Below are positions 36,377-45,420 of a DNA stretch of 64,000 nucleotides, piece after piece. The stretch spans positions 4,760 through 68,759 of the forward strand of contig CAWIYP010000003.1 in assembly GCA_963840335.1 (NCBI GenBank). Reading direction: 5' to 3'. The translations under genes were made by a program, and so were the position numbers. Positions within the stretch are counted from its first letter, which is position 1, and every line of letters starts with the position of its first letter. Source of the stretch: an uncultured Chloroflexia bacterium (GTDB lineage: Bacteria; Chloroflexota; Ktedonobacteria; Ktedonobacterales; JADMIN01). The notes beneath the pieces are model-generated. The model had not been told where the DNA came from, made no database searches, and saw nothing but the letters and a program-made list of their open reading frames with translations.

Positions 36377-37144
36377 TCAGAAGGCGCCCATTTCTGGCGT
36401 GAAGAGCGTCGCCTGGCAGATCATCACCACCGACGCGCCGATCTGCCGCATGTTGGTCGCGACCATCAGCATGCGCTGCAATTCTGGCGCGCTGTTCGGA
36501 TCGTTCTTGATGTGATTATTCAGGCGCAGGTAGAGGCCGTGGAAATAGTCCTCCACCGCGGCGTGATTCTTGACGAGCGAGCGCGCCTGCGCCATGTCAC
36601 GCGCCGCCGTCACCAGGAAGACACCGCGCATCTGCTCATAGACCAACGCGATGAGGATGTGGAGGATGTCGGGCGCATCTGGCGACACGTTGTCGAGGAG
36701 TTGGTCGCCAGACCCACGCAGCAAGAGCGCCTGGTCAGAGATGTGGCTTGACCGCTCGGCGATGCGCGCGAGGTGGTTGATAGCCTGCTGTAGCTCGACG
36801 ATACGGCGCACCTCGTCGCCGACGGGGCGGTAGCGCTGGATGATCGAGCGGACGCGCGCATCGAGCATGCTGGCCGCCTGCGCCACCCATGCGTGCGACT
36901 CCGCGACGAAGCGGGCGATCTCTGGCTCTTCGCCAAAGAGGCCAGCGCAGGCATAGCGGAACATATCGCCAACGACGATGCCCAGCTCCGTGGTATCGGT
37001 GGCGAGTTTGCCGACCGCATCTGATAGCTGCTCGGTCGGACCTACGGTCTGCGGCCATTCTGTTCGCCTCATCACTAGCTCTGAAGGCCTGGGCGTCACT
37101 TCGCCCATTCGCCTGCGCGTTTGCGTTCGCGCCATCAGTAGCAA
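36377..37144 (-). CDS. PhoU-domain-like protein (two helical repeats)
   Basis: VELQQAINHLARIAERSSHISDQA and MVATNMRQIGASVVMICQA resemble the ERIgDha-nIa motif of PhoU repeats. The assignment is tentative. Confidence 0.6.
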   Translation of the reverse strand: MLLMARTQTRRRMGEVTPRPSELVMRRTEWPQTVGPTEQLSDAVGKLATDTTELGIVVGDMFRYACAGLFGEEPEIARFVAESHAWVAQAASMLDARVRSIIQRYRPVGDEVRRIVELQQAINHLARIAERSSHISDQALLLRGSGDQLLDNVSPDAPDILHILIALVYEQMRGVFLVTAARDMAQARSLVKNHAAVEDYFHGLYLRLNNHIKNDPNSAPELQRMLMVATNMRQIGASVVMICQATLFTPEMGAF

Positions 37145-37255
37145 GCAATCTTCGTGCCAGGATCCCGGTTGTTCTCTCCAAGTGTAACGCCAATCTCTAT
37201 GAAGTGTACTGGCCTGGTATCACAAGATGCCATTTGGGCCAGCCTGATGATCTTG

Positions 37256-38288
37256 TTATGGCGCGTCGGTAGCGCCGGGGCGGAGATGATCCCATCCATG
37301 CGCATCGAGCGGCTTCAGGTCGCCGTTCGGCTCGCGCACACGCACCCCCAGCTCTGGCGCCGTGATCTCGCCAATGACGGTGGCCACGCCGCCTACCGCG
37401 CGCACGGCAGCGAGCGCCGCCGCCACGCCAGCGGGACGCACCGTGAAGAGCAGCTCGTAGTCGTCGCCACTGCTCAGCGCCAGGCGTTGCGGATCGCGTC
37501 CCAGCGCCAGGGCCAGCGCCCGCGTCGCGGCATCCACTGGCAGCGCGGCCAGCTCCACCACGGCGCCGACGCCACTGCGCTCGCAGATGTGGCCCAGGTC
37601 GCCCGCCAGGCCATCGCTCACGTCGAGCATCGCCGTCACCTGCGCCAGTCGCGGCGAGGGCCTGCCCTTCGCGCACACGCGGCTCCGGCGTCACCATTGC
37701 CCGGCGCGCGTCACTCAGCGCCTCTGGGGGTATCACCGCTCCCTCTGGCGCGGCGGTATAGGCCAGCAGCGCCGCCACCGCCGCGCCCAGGCGTCCCGTG
37801 ACCAGCAGCAGATCGCCTGGCTGAGCGCCCGCCCGCGTCAGCATGCGCTCGCGGGTGACGCGCCCCAGCAGCGTGATGTCGAGTGTGAGCGGCCCATCGC
37901 TGGCGGCGACATTGCCGCCGACAATCGCGACGTTGTAGCGTCGCGCCAGCGAGCGCATGCCCGCATAGATGCCGTCGAGCGTCGTGACATCGAGCGTGGG
38001 CGGGGCGATCAGCGAGACGAGCGCCCAGAGCGGCTCGCCACCCATCGCGGCGATGTCGCTCAGGTTCACCGCCAGCGCCTTGTGGCCGATCTCCTCAGGC
38101 GCGGCGACGCTCGGCAGGAAGTGCGTGCCTTCCACCTGCGCATCGCAGGTCGCGAGCAGCAGGTGATCGGCGCCCAGGTCGAGCGCGGCGGCGTCATCGC
38201 CTGGCCCCAGCGCCACATCTGGGCGCGACTCCAGCCCGGCGGTCAGCCGCGCGATGAGCGGAAATTCGCCCAGATCATCGAGTCGCAT
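37256..38288 (-). pseudogene. thiL: Thiamine-monophosphate kinase, one frameshift as sequenced
   Basis: N-terminal ~215 aa are in ORF 37197-38288 (GEFPLIARL, GDDAAAL, ATCDAQVEGTHF, KALAVNLSDIAAMGG). The C-terminal part is in ORF 37256-37678 (AMLDVSDGLAGDLGHICERSGVGA, SGDDYELLFT). The frame change is at ~37640-37665. Confidence 0.8.
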
Positions 38289-38387
38289 ACGTTCGCCTCA
38301 CTGTTGGGCGGCCTGTCAAAGCGCCCGAGGCATGCTAACACCATTGGCCGCCCGCGCGCAAGTGGTGGGCGTTAAAGCGAGCGGGCG

Positions 38388-39083
38388 CTATTCCTTGACG
38401 TGGGCGTAGGTGAAGAGGTGATGCACGGTGAAGTTGTAGGCGGTGGCGAGGACGAGCGCGATGGCCTGCGCCACCAGCGACTTCAGCCCGACGACATGGA
38501 AGAGCGTCGCCGAGATGATGAACGTCACCGCGACACCGCTCAGGCTGGTGATGTGGAAGCGCAGGCAGCGCGCGAGCCATGAGCGCTTGTGGCCGTTTAG
38601 ATGGCGGAAGGTGAAGTAGTCGTTGGGGATGAAGTTCGCGAGGATAGATAGCTCGTAGGCGACGACGTTGGCGAGCAACCAGTACCAGAGCACCTTGTCT
38701 GAGTGAAAGTGGAAGAAGATCGCGAAGACGGCCAGATTCACCGCCGCCGCTGAGCCGCCGATGACCAGATACGATGCGAGACGCTGGATTAGCCCAGCGC
38801 GCCCATGCGTGACGCGATCGGCCAGCGCCAGCGCGCGATTGATCAGTGGCCAGCGGGTATCAATATAGCTCTGCGTGGCCGAGACGATTCGCGGGCTGCT
38901 GGGGGTTGGCGCAGGCGCGGCGCTCCTGACGGCGGAGACTGGGAGCGTCGGGTCAACGCGGGCCGCCTCAGCCTGAGCCTGCTCATCGAGCGCGCTCCAT
39001 CGCTGGCGCTTTGTCACCTGATCCGCCAATGTATCCTCCCGCGCGCCGCTATGGCCGCCAGTCCCGCCACGCTCATCGTTCAT
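38388..39083 (-). CDS. GtrA-family membrane protein with a long N-terminal extension
   Basis: The C-terminal ~130 aa have four TM helices and YLVIGGSAAAVNLAVF...NFIPNDYFTF, typical of GtrA. Confidence 0.8.
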   Translation of the reverse strand: MNDERGGTGGHSGAREDTLADQVTKRQRWSALDEQAQAEAARVDPTLPVSAVRSAAPAPTPSSPRIVSATQSYIDTRWPLINRALALADRVTHGRAGLIQRLASYLVIGGSAAAVNLAVFAIFFHFHSDKVLWYWLLANVVAYELSILANFIPNDYFTFRHLNGHKRSWLARCLRFHITSLSGVAVTFIISATLFHVVGLKSLVAQAIALVLATAYNFTVHHLFTYAHVKE

Positions 39084-39288
39084 CCGTGAGCGCGTGACTA
39101 TTCCTCAGCCAACGCTCGCGCGCTATTACGAGCTTTAGCGTAGCCCATCCGCATAGTCGCTGGCAAGAGAGAGGCCACTAATGGGCATGGGGCTACCGTC
39201 GCGGCCATGAATGGCCGGCGCACGGACGATTGGGGAGCCGCTCACCAGCCCTCGCGGGGGAGGGGCCGGGGGTGGGGGCACGCCCGCG

Positions 39289-40044
39289 CTACCCTGGCTG
39301 CGCGGTGCTCCAGGCGAGCGCGATGGCTGGGCCGACGACCTTATTGGAGAGTTCCTCCAGCTCTTCGGTGAGGGGGTATTCGTCGGTGGCCCACAGCTCC
39401 ATCGCGATGGCGATGCAGCGCATGCGATCCACCTCGTCTACCAGCTCCTCATCCTCGTCGTCCTCATCGGGGGCGCTGGTTGGCTCGCCCGCATCGTGCC
39501 GCTCCCACCAGCCGGGGGCCAGCTCCACGCGCCAGAACTCCTCTGGCGCGATGCCCTCTGGCAGCAGGTCAGCGAACCGCTCAGGCCGCCCGCGCATCGT
39601 CTCGACATCCGCAGGCGTGGCGGCGGCGTCCTCGGCCTCGCCCCCCTCGGCGTCGCCCGCGAAGGCGGTGGGGTCGCTGCAATAGCGATCAACCTCCACG
39701 CCCTCGCGTGTGACCCGATAGCCGGAGACCATTTCGCCATACTGGTAGACGGTGAAGATCGTTGCGCCATCGAGCGCGCGGGATAGCTCCACGTCCAGCC
39801 CTTCTGTGCGCTGGCCAAGCTCCAGCAGCGGCGCCCAGTCGCCCGCGCCATGTGGGCGCAGCAGCAGATACCGATAGCTCCCGTCCAGCTCTGGGTCATC
39901 CACACGCGCCAGCACGGCGGTGTAGGAACCTTCGACACGCAGCGCGGACGGGCGCTCCTCGCGGGCGAAGATGCTGGCGAGCGCGGCCTCGATCTGCTCT
40001 GGCGAGCGCCCCTGGATATGCAGAATAGTAGATGCGATACTCAT
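39289..40044 (-). CDS. Hypothetical acidic protein (251 aa)
   Basis: ORF with coding-like composition and an Asp/Glu run (PDEDDEDEELVDEVD). No family recognised. Confidence 0.6.
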   Translation of the reverse strand: MSIASTILHIQGRSPEQIEAALASIFAREERPSALRVEGSYTAVLARVDDPELDGSYRYLLLRPHGAGDWAPLLELGQRTEGLDVELSRALDGATIFTVYQYGEMVSGYRVTREGVEVDRYCSDPTAFAGDAEGGEAEDAAATPADVETMRGRPERFADLLPEGIAPEEFWRVELAPGWWERHDAGEPTSAPDEDDEDEELVDEVDRMRCIAIAMELWATDEYPLTEELEELSNKVVGPAIALAWSTAQPG

Positions 40045-40146
40045 GCGCCTATTGTACGCATCACAGCCTGCCCTACCGCAAATCAGTCGTCCCGCGCGAG
40101 AGGGCTATGCGCGTTGACAGCCCAGCGTGGGCGGGGCTAAGCTGAA

Positions 40147-41673
40147 ATGCGCCTGCGTCATCATGGCGCCCGCGCCGAGGACACGAAATGGCGCGCGTCG
40201 GAGTGGCGAGACACGGGGCGCGTAGGCGCGGGAAAAGAGCTACGGGTGAAGTCTCAGGACGCAGACAAACAGCCACGACAACAGACCATACGCCAGACAG
40301 CGCTCGCGAACGGTAACGGTTCGTCGCCCGCTGGCAGCGACGCCGCGCCCTATTACATCATCGAGGGGGGCGTGCCGCTGCGAGGTGAAGCGCAGCTCAG
40401 CGGCGCCAAGAACGCCGCCACCAAGCTGATGGTCTCGTCGCTGCTCACCGAAGACCAGTGTGTCATCCGCAACGCGCCGTTGCAGCTTGGCGACCTGCGC
40501 ATCACCGAGGATGTCGTCACAGCCCTGGGCGCGATTGTCAGGCGTAGTGAAGAGCATGTCGCCAGCATCCAGACCGCCCACATCACCAGCCACGCCGTGC
40601 CGCTGGAGCTGGGGCGCAAGAATCGGCTGGCCATCCTGACCGCCGGGCCGCTGCTGCACCGCGTCGGCGAGGCGATCATTCCAGAGCCGGGTGGCGACCG
40701 CATCGGCCCGCGCCCGATCAACTTCCACCTCGACGGCCTCCAGCGCATGGGCGCCATCCTGGAGACACGCGAAGGGCTGTACCATTTCCGCACGCCGACG
40801 GGTGGCCTGCGCGGCGCGACCATCGAGCTGCCCTTCCCCAGCGTCATGGCGACGGAGACGCTCATCATCGCCGCCACGATGGCGCGCGGCGTCACGACCA
40901 TCCAGAACGCCGCCATCGAGCCGGAGATCATCGACCTCATCAAGTTCTTGCAGAAGATGGGCGCCATCATCGAGCAGCGCGTTGACCGCAAGATCGTCAT
41001 CGAAGGCGTGGATCGGCTGCACGGCGCCGAGCATCGCGTCATCCCCGACCGCAACGAAGCTGTCTCGCTGGCCATCGCCGCCTACCTGACGCATGGCGAC
41101 ATCCGCGTGGTGGGGGCCGATCAGGGCGTGCTGCTTACCTTCCTCAACACGCTCTATCGCGTCGGGCTGGATTTCGCGGTGGATGACCAGGGCATCCGCT
41201 TCTTTGGCGGCGACACGCCCATCAAGCCAATCGCGCTGGAGACCGATGTCTACCCCGGCTTCATGACCGACTGGCAGCAGCCATTCACCGTCCTGCTGAC
41301 CCAGGCGCAGGGGATGTCTGTCATCCACGAGACGATCTACGAAGACCGCTTCACCTACACGCTGGACCTCAACCGCATGGGCGCCGACACGGGCCTCTAC
41401 TCGAAATGCCTGGGTGAGCTGGATTGTCGCTTCCGCGGGCGCAACTTCAAGCATAGCTGTGTGGTGCGCGGGCCGACGCCACTCCAGGCCACCAAACTCA
41501 CGATGCCCGACGTGCGCGCGGGCGCTTCCTACATCCTCGCCGCGCTCTGCGCGCATGGCGCCTCCGAGGTGCGCGGCATCGAGCATATCGAGCGTGGCTA
41601 CGAGAATCTCGCGCTCAAGTTGCGTGACCTCGGCGCCCACATCACCCGCGTCCCGGAGCTTGACGCCCGCTAG
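40147..41673 (+). CDS. murA: UDP-N-acetylglucosamine 1-carboxyvinyltransferase with Asp at the Cys115-equivalent position; start uncertain
   Basis: Motifs YIIEGGVPLRGEAQLSGAKNAATKL, PEPGGDRIGPRPINFHLDGL and MTDWQQPFTVLLTQAQG. Homology starts ~70 codons into the ORF; GTG 40246 is a possible start. Confidence 0.9.
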   Translation: MRLRHHGARAEDTKWRASEWRDTGRVGAGKELRVKSQDADKQPRQQTIRQTALANGNGSSPAGSDAAPYYIIEGGVPLRGEAQLSGAKNAATKLMVSSLLTEDQCVIRNAPLQLGDLRITEDVVTALGAIVRRSEEHVASIQTAHITSHAVPLELGRKNRLAILTAGPLLHRVGEAIIPEPGGDRIGPRPINFHLDGLQRMGAILETREGLYHFRTPTGGLRGATIELPFPSVMATETLIIAATMARGVTTIQNAAIEPEIIDLIKFLQKMGAIIEQRVDRKIVIEGVDRLHGAEHRVIPDRNEAVSLAIAAYLTHGDIRVVGADQGVLLTFLNTLYRVGLDFAVDDQGIRFFGGDTPIKPIALETDVYPGFMTDWQQPFTVLLTQAQGMSVIHETIYEDRFTYTLDLNRMGADTGLYSKCLGELDCRFRGRNFKHSCVVRGPTPLQATKLTMPDVRAGASYILAALCAHGASEVRGIEHIERGYENLALKLRDLGAHITRVPELDAR

Positions 41674-41773
41674 CGGTTGCGGACGGCTCTTCGCGGCGCG
41701 ACAGTCAGGCAAATCCACGCGATACAATGTGCCTGCCATCTGGGGCCGTGATTCGATCAGGAGGAGGCGCCGC

Positions 41774-42760
41774 ATGCCTTTCGATTTCCCCAAAATTCCC
41801 AAGCTGGGACACATGATGCCGCGTTTCGGCGATATGTTGCGGGAGCATCGCACCCTGCGCGGGATCTCCGTCGAGGAGTTGGCGGCGGCGGCGAACATCG
41901 CCCCCAGCGCGCTACGCGAGATCGAGGCGAACACACGGCCCGCGCCCTCGAAGACCTTCGTGCGCGCGATGGCCGATGCGCTGAAGCTCACGAAGGACGA
42001 GCGCGAGGATCTATTCGACATCGCCGAGTTGGATGAGCCAGCGGTACGAGCCGTGTTGGGACGTGGCGCGGCGCCAGCGGCGCAGGCGGCGCCGTCCGCC
42101 GCGATCTTCGTTTTCCTCATCGCCGATATTCGCGGCTACACCAGCTTCACCGAGCGCTACGGCGACCAGGCGGCGGCGCAACTGAGTACGCGCTTCGCCG
42201 AGATCGCGCGCGACGTCTTCGAGCGCTGGGATGGCCGCCTGGTGGAGATGCGCGGCGACGAGGCGCTGGGCGCGTTCGCCTCGGCGCGGCAGGCGGTGCG
42301 GGCCGCTGGCGAGCTGCACGCGGCCTATGCGGAGGAGGAAGGCCAGCGCGCGGGGTGGCCCGCTGGCATCGGCGTCGGCCTCGACATCGGTGAGGCGGTT
42401 CCGGTGGATGACGGCTATCGCGGGGTCGCGCTCAACCGCGCGGCGCGGCTCTGTAGCCTGGCTGGCCCCGGCGAGACGCTGATCTCCCCTGGCGTCTTCT
42501 ATGTTGCGCCGCATGTCGAAGGCGTGCGCTTCATCCCGCGCGGGCAGGAGTTGCTGAAGGGCTTCCCGGAGCCAGTGGAGATTCTGCTGGCCGCGCCGAC
42601 GCGGGTGGTTGACGCGGCGGAGCCAGCGCCCGATCGACCCGCCGGACGCTTGACCTCACCCCCAACCCCTCTCCCACAGGGAGAGGGGAGTTCGGATTTC
42701 CCTCTCCCCGTGGGAGAGGGGGTAGGGGGTGAGGTCGCGCCGCTAGGCCTGATTGTGTGA
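41774..42760 (+). CDS. XRE-type HTH domain fused to a class III adenylate/guanylate cyclase domain
   Basis: HTH region LREHRTLRGISVEELAAAANIAPSALREIE. Cyclase motifs FLIADIRGYTSFTE, EMRGDEALGAF and ALNRAARL. RBS CAGGAGGAGG before ATG 41774. The upstream part of track ORF 41414 overlaps murA and is discounted. Confidence 0.85.
   Translation: MPFDFPKIPKLGHMMPRFGDMLREHRTLRGISVEELAAAANIAPSALREIEANTRPAPSKTFVRAMADALKLTKDEREDLFDIAELDEPAVRAVLGRGAAPAAQAAPSAAIFVFLIADIRGYTSFTERYGDQAAAQLSTRFAEIARDVFERWDGRLVEMRGDEALGAFASARQAVRAAGELHAAYAEEEGQRAGWPAGIGVGLDIGEAVPVDDGYRGVALNRAARLCSLAGPGETLISPGVFYVAPHVEGVRFIPRGQELLKGFPEPVEILLAAPTRVVDAAEPAPDRPAGRLTSPPTPLPQGEGSSDFPLPVGEGVGGEVAPLGLIV
42652..42736. repeat. 85-bp nested palindrome (GEG-type element) embedded in the 3' end of the cyclase ORF
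   Basis: Outer arms are GACCTCACCCCCAACCCCTCTCCCAC (42652-42677) and GTGGGAGAGGGGGTAGGGGGTGAGGTC (42710-42736). Inner hairpin is GGGAGAGGG...CCCTCTCCC. It is translated as LTSPPTPLPQGEGSSDFPLPVGEGVGGEV. Confidence 0.75.
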
Positions 42761-42850
42761 TGCGCTGCATAGGAAACGGGCCGCGCGCCGACTACAATTG
42801 CCCGCAGCATCCGCCGCGTGAGCGGATGCGCACAGCAAGGCAGGGGACTT

Positions 42851-43795
42851 ATGACGCAGCGCGTACACACATTTCTCGCAGGCGGTTTATCCCTGGTCGT
42901 GGCGCTCTGTCTGGTAGGGTGCGCTGGTATCCCCGGCGGTGGCGGTAGTGGCTCGACGACGGCGCAGGCCACGGCGACCGCGACGGCGACCGCGACGGCG
43001 CAGCCAACCGCAACGCCGCAGCCAGCGTGCGTCCAGCTCGTGCCGGGAGCGGCGCACTTTACGGGTGTCTCTGGCGTCACCGGGTTGACGCTGCCCTCCG
43101 GCGCCTACATCAGCAGCGGCGCCTATAGTGGCGGCGGGGCGGGCCAGTACAACGTCACGACGTACACCGCCTGCTTCCACGGGGTCGAGAGCGCGATCGA
43201 CGGCTTCTCCGGTTCGACCGTGGCGAATCTGCATGCGTCGGGCTGGGCGCTGAACAATCTCTTCCCCGATCCCAGCAGCTTCGCGTACCTCGACTATTGC
43301 AGCGGCAGCCACAACTGCCTGGATCAGGGCGGCACGGGCAGTCCGTTCACCTTCGTCGGCTTTGACCAGTACGCCAGCCATGCCGGTGGCTACATGACGT
43401 TCCGGCTGCAAGTGGCGAGCATCGGCGCGCCAAGCTGCCTCAACAACGCGCAATACTACTCTGGCACGCCGAAGTACACGCTCTTCTACGATGGCAATAG
43501 CGCCAGCCCCAGTGGCGACGCCTGGGATCACTTCCAGATGCCGCCGGGGACGCGCGTCAGCACCTTCAACGGCGGCGGCACGGCAGGCTCGACGTATGTC
43601 TACTATTGCGGCGCAGGCTCCCAGGCGACCGTCGTCGCGTTCCTCGAGCAGGCGATGCAAAACGTTGGCTGGACGATCTCTGGCCTGACGGCGAGCGGCT
43701 TCAGCGCCAGCTATGGCAGCAGCCCGACCTATCGGATTGATGTCAGCGTCCAGAATCCGAACAACTACTATCTGCGGGTCTTCATCCCGATGTAG
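42851..43795 (+). CDS. Hypothetical lipoprotein with a Thr/Ala linker
   Basis: Signal peptide with lipobox LVGC, then TTAQATATATATATAQPTATPQP, then a Gly/Ser/Tyr-rich domain. No family recognised. Confidence 0.7.
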   Translation: MTQRVHTFLAGGLSLVVALCLVGCAGIPGGGGSGSTTAQATATATATATAQPTATPQPACVQLVPGAAHFTGVSGVTGLTLPSGAYISSGAYSGGGAGQYNVTTYTACFHGVESAIDGFSGSTVANLHASGWALNNLFPDPSSFAYLDYCSGSHNCLDQGGTGSPFTFVGFDQYASHAGGYMTFRLQVASIGAPSCLNNAQYYSGTPKYTLFYDGNSASPSGDAWDHFQMPPGTRVSTFNGGGTAGSTYVYYCGAGSQATVVAFLEQAMQNVGWTISGLTASGFSASYGSSPTYRIDVSVQNPNNYYLRVFIPM

Positions 43796-43800
43796 GGGGT

Positions 43801-44085
43801 GGTTGAATCGAAGCGGGGCGGGCAGCGTATCGCCGCTCGGCTGGCGAATAAATTCGCGCCTGGATGGCCTGCGCGCCACGAAGTGCCGCCTTCGCGCACT
43901 GGGTTTTCGACGGCGCTGGAATGCGCAGGGCAAGCGATACTGCTCGCTACGCGCACAACGGGTACGGGAATGACCCAGTCCGCGGCGGCGGACTTCGTGG
44001 CCCGCACGCCCTTAGCCGCGGGTTTACCCGCCCCTGCTCCCGCGCGCCGTATCCGCATCAATTCGTTAAATCGCTTCAACCGTCG
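43801..44085. repeat. Composite palindromic repeat (B-type arm + loop + A-type arm, reverse orientation)
   Basis: B arm is at 43840-43912 (TTCGCGCCTGGATGGCCTGCGCGCCACGAAG...). A arm is at 43974-44081. The A arm's reverse complement is ~90% identical to 57670-57768. Confidence 0.8.
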
Positions 44086-44092
44086 GCACGCT

Positions 44093-45076
44093 TCAGCCTT
44101 TCAGCAGTTGGCTCAGTGGCACGATGGTGTAGCCGCGCTGCTCCAGTTCGGCGATAATGACCGGGAGCGCCTCCGCTTCGTGCGCGCTATTGACGTGCAT
44201 CAGGATGATCGCCCCTGGCCGCAGGTTGGGGCTGCTGAGGATGCTGTTTTCGATGTCCTGGGCGGTATTCGCGGAATCCCAGTCGCGGGGATCGATGCTC
44301 CAGAGAATCGTCCGGTAGCCCAGTTTCGCCGCGAGCGCGCGCACCTGCGTGTTGTAGTTGCCGCCGTATGGCCGGAAGTATGGGCGTGTCGTTCGCCCCG
44401 TGATGCCTGCGATGACGCGGTCGGCCTGCGTCAACTCGTTGCAAATATAGCTATCTGAACGCGGGGGCGAGGTCAGATCCGTGTGGTCCATCGTGTGATT
44501 GCCGATGTCGTCTCCTCGCTTGAGCATCCGCTGGACCAGGCTGAGGTTCGCTTGCGCGAAATACCCTGTCAGGAACCAGGTCGTGCGGATACCGTACTCG
44601 TCCAGGGTGTTGAGGTAGCTCGTGGCATTGCCCGCGCTGCCACCATCCGAATCGAAGGTCAGGCTCACCTGGCGTTTGCTCGTCGAGACGGAACCGATGA
44701 CGCTGGATGACACCGGCTGAACGCCTGGCGCGGGGACGCACGCCGAGGATGGCGGCGCCGTGGGGCGCGGGGTCGGGCGGGGCGTCGCGGTGGGACGTGG
44801 CGTCGGCCTGGGTGTCGCCGTCGGGCGCGGTGTCGCCGTCGGGCGCGGTGTCGCCGTCGGGCGCGGTGTCGCCGTCGGGCGCGGTGTCGCCGTCGGCGCA
44901 AGCGTCGGCGTCGGGGTCGGCGTCGCCGTGGCGGTTGGCGTGGCGGTGGCCTGCGGTGTGGGTGTGGGGCTGAGCGCCGTTGTCGTGGCGCCGCAGCCGG
45001 AGAGCAGCAGGAGCGTGATCGCAAGGAAGAGAAAAATGCCGCTGAGACGCTGGTTCAACCGATGTGCCTGAGACAT
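44093..45076 (-). CDS. Polysaccharide deacetylase (NodB/CE4) lipoprotein with a Pro/Thr/Ala/Arg repeat linker
   Basis: Lipobox LLSGC. NodB motifs TFDSDGG and GNHTMDH, plus RPYGG. RBS GAAGGA upstream. Confidence 0.88.
   Translation of the reverse strand: MSQAHRLNQRLSGIFLFLAITLLLLSGCGATTTALSPTPTPQATATPTATATPTPTPTLAPTATPRPTATPRPTATPRPTATPRPTATPRPTPRPTATPRPTPRPTAPPSSACVPAPGVQPVSSSVIGSVSTSKRQVSLTFDSDGGSAGNATSYLNTLDEYGIRTTWFLTGYFAQANLSLVQRMLKRGDDIGNHTMDHTDLTSPPRSDSYICNELTQADRVIAGITGRTTRPYFRPYGGNYNTQVRALAAKLGYRTILWSIDPRDWDSANTAQDIENSILSSPNLRPGAIILMHVNSAHEAEALPVIIAELEQRGYTIVPLSQLLKG
44812..44900. repeat. Perfect 18-nt tandem repeat (about 4.9 copies) inside the deacetylase linker
   Basis: GTGTCGCCGTCGGGCGCG repeats at 44812, 44830, 44848 and 44866, with a partial copy at 44884. 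It encodes the (PTATPR)n tract. Degenerate copies lie upstream. Confidence 0.9.
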
Positions 45077-45420
45077 GGAATCCTTCTTTCTGTGGCGCGG
45101 TGTTCACCCCATTGCCTGCCCTTCAGACGCCAGCCTCCTTATCTGATCCGCAAAATAGCGTACATGGCGCCGCTCACAGTGCCGTCTCACACACACGAAC
45201 GCCATCAACACTTCCTCACAACATCCTCTCGGCATGGGGCCAGTTCCCGCCAGTCCCCGATTTGTCCTGCCAGCAATCGCCGCGTCATCCGTGGGCGCCC
45301 CTTGCGCCCGGCGCAGCCAGCGCGTATTGCTAGTGGCTGGAAAATAGAACGTGTGTTCAGCCAGACAGCGACAGGCGCGGGGATAGCGGAGACGCCGCGC
45401 CGTGGAGAGGAGACATTCCG

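Noticed and set aside
41774-43795. The cyclase plus downstream gene as a Pycsar/CBASS-type anti-phage system.
   Set aside because: The downstream gene is a lipoprotein with no cNMP-binding, TIR, TM-effector or nuclease features. The cyclase carries an HTH rather than standing alone.
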